A DNA stretch of 64,000 nucleotides from Lingula anatina. Lineage: Eukaryota; Animalia; Brachiopoda. A program made the translations under genes and the position numbers. The notes beneath the pieces are model-generated. The model made no database searches. It worked only from the letters and a program-made list of their open reading frames with translations, and was not told the origin of the DNA. Of the stretch, positions 62,190-64,000 are shown piece by piece (the first letter of the stretch is position 1; each line of letters begins with the position of its first letter). The DNA is taken from assembly GCA_051362555.1 (NCBI GenBank), contig CM120640.1:48710788-48774787 (forward strand), read 5' to 3'.

Positions 62190-63678
62190 AATCAAATCTG
62201 ACTGCCAGCATTTTAAACGGCAAATCCACTCTACCAAACAAACCTCCAGGAACATAACAAGCTTTTTCTCTCGGTAATTCTACATATGCTACAGCTTCCT
62301 TTATAAAAACCTGCCTTTAGATAATAAAGGACAAAAACTAGCTGAGTGCCAACAAGGTAAAATCACCGTGCCACAAGCCTTGCATTGCATTAAATACAGT
62401 ATAACTCTAGATAATACACACATCGGGGGCACAAACCAACCATTCATACCACCCCAATGAACAGTGCCCACCGCACCAGGAGTCCAATATCTAGAATTAA
62501 AAAACTGGCAATTTATTGTTATGATCAGAGGCAAGAAAAAATTCAATTTCATGCGGCCCCCAGACTGAATCTAAATAATTGAAAATACTATCTGGCACGC
62601 CCAATCATCATAGTCTACTAATCTGCTGATTTGATCTGCATATACATACAGAAATCTTGCATACATTAGATACCCAAAGTTCCATTTGTTTCATACTGTT
62701 TCTGCTCAAAACAATTTGTTCATTCCAACATTTAGCTTTAGAAATATCAAAACCCAGACATTTTGTCATAATATAAACCATATTGCAAGTAACAAAAGAC
62801 ATAGAAATGATCTGACCTACTAAACTAGCAACTAAACGCACATGAACGCTGCCTTTTCCTCTAAACAGAGAACGAATATCCGTTATAGTCTAAAGAATTT
62901 TAAGAAGTCTGTAATCAGAATGCATAAAGTGCCTTTCTCTAAATTCAAATTATACCCTAAAAATAAAATCTCAATACTAGGAAACCACGTTGATTTTTCA
63001 ACTTTAGGAACAAATCCGCTGTTGATAAGATCTTGCTTAATTTAAAGCAATATTGTCACATTCGCTGTACTGCGAATGACAACCAAAACCATCATCTAAA
63101 TACATAACCACTTTATTGCCCTCTCCTCGCCACTTTTTAACCAGCAGCCTGGTCACTTTAGTAAAAATATAGCATGCCGAACTGAGACCAAATGTTAAAA
63201 CTTTAAATATAAAAATTTTGGAAGCATTTCCAAATTTCCAAGAAAACCTTTAAAAATTAGAGTGAGACTCAAAATTATCAATGTGATAATATACAGAATG
63301 TAAATCAAATTTGAAAACAAAAATCTCCATTTTAAATAAAACATTACGAATTTGTTCAAATTTTACTGAAAATTTCCAAAGATGTTTATTAACATGCTGC
63401 AAATCTAAAATTAACCGCTTTTTACCGCTACTGCTAATGGCCACTGTAAGCGAGTTAACTTCAACAGATATATCTGAACACTCACTAATAAAGCCTCTGA
63501 CCAATAAATCTTGTATTGCCTGCTCAACAAATGCACTGTGCAAAATAGCAGATTTATTATTATCCAAACGAAATGATGCGGGTATAGAGAAAAAAGGAAG
63601 CTTGTATCCATTTTTTTAAACATCAAGAATAAATTCATATGTGCCAATACTTTTCCAAAATGCTAATTTACTTCTTAA
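62190..63678 (-). pseudogene. RT-RNaseH-MT ORF of the DIRS-type element, disrupted
   Basis: Fragments 63250..63567, YLDDG, 62608..62841 and 62301..62552 are separated by stops and frameshifts. Confidence 0.85.
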
Positions 63679-64000
63679 GGGGCCCGCACACGTTGAGCAT
63701 TTGGCGCGTGCCACTTGCGCTGCACCGTTTTCTCATCGTGTGCGGGGGTATTTTGGTGAGATTTTTGCCTCACGCGCGGCTGAGCAAAATTTCTCACGTG
63801 TTTGATTTTTTTGGTCTCTTGAGGCAAATGTCTCAGCGTGTGCGGGGTGCAAGCGCCGATTGCTCACGCCATGCTAACAATGCGCATGTGCCAGTATAGC
63901 CGGAAACAAACAAAAATGGCAGCCCCCAGTGAAGTCAACAAAAATGTACACAGTTATAGTTAGTCTGATTGATTAACGTGGTCACCATTATCCATTACTA
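63679..64000. mobile_element. One end of a DNA transposon (Harbinger-like terminus) inserted into the DIRS RT ORF; probably continues beyond the window
   Basis: The DIRS reading frame (LRSKLAFWKSIG) breaks at TTAA, followed by GGGGGCCCGCACACGTTGAG and GC-rich CACGCG/TGAGCA subrepeats. The other end is not visible. Confidence 0.6.

Larger units (their letters stand above)
58250..63678 (-). mobile_element. Decayed tyrosine-recombinase retrotransposon (DIRS order, Ngaro/PAT-like split direct repeats), 5' part interrupted or outside the window
   Basis: RT (GYKLPF..NNKSA..FVEQAI..KKRLILDL..FKFDL..VYYH; MYLDDG at about 63085-63105), RNase H remnant, methyltransferase-like WFVPP..GTVILP.W.SASF, and YR (YAGFIRV.E..IEKSKTD..LCPV; LHSLRAGAAT..RHGKW..KDGY at about 61195-61310). 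Many stops and frameshifts. An ~87-bp direct repeat lies at 58253-58340 and 61025-61111. Confidence 0.88.

Overview
This is AT-rich, intron-rich eukaryotic (metazoan) genomic DNA. The gene and repeat content suggests a marine invertebrate, probably a lophotrochozoan or mollusc-like animal, but this is inference. Three spliced genes could be rebuilt by hand with GT-AG junctions and consistent intron phases. (1) Minus strand, 10 exons, about 684 aa: a class I cytokine receptor with signal peptide, Ig domain, one cytokine-receptor homology module, TM and a tail of about 330 aa carrying Box1-like, YxxQ and DSGxxS motifs, and lacking the membrane-proximal FNIII stalk of Domeless/gp130. (2) Plus strand, 2 exons, 423 aa: a class A GPCR most similar to ecdysis-triggering hormone receptors. 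(3) Minus strand, at least 26 exons and about 2,450 aa or more, 5' end not found: a PARP14-like gene with about 9 N-terminal RRM-like modules built from phase 1-1 exons, a putative KH region, 3 macrodomains, WWE and a mono-ART catalytic domain. The rest is dominated by non-autonomous DNA transposons and MITEs with several TSD classes, a Helentron/HINE-like element carrying a 146-bp tandem array, and a decayed DIRS/Ngaro-type tyrosine-recombinase retrotransposon with nested insertions. No rRNA, tRNA or CRISPR array was seen. Most entries in the ORF track are spurious or are exon fragments.
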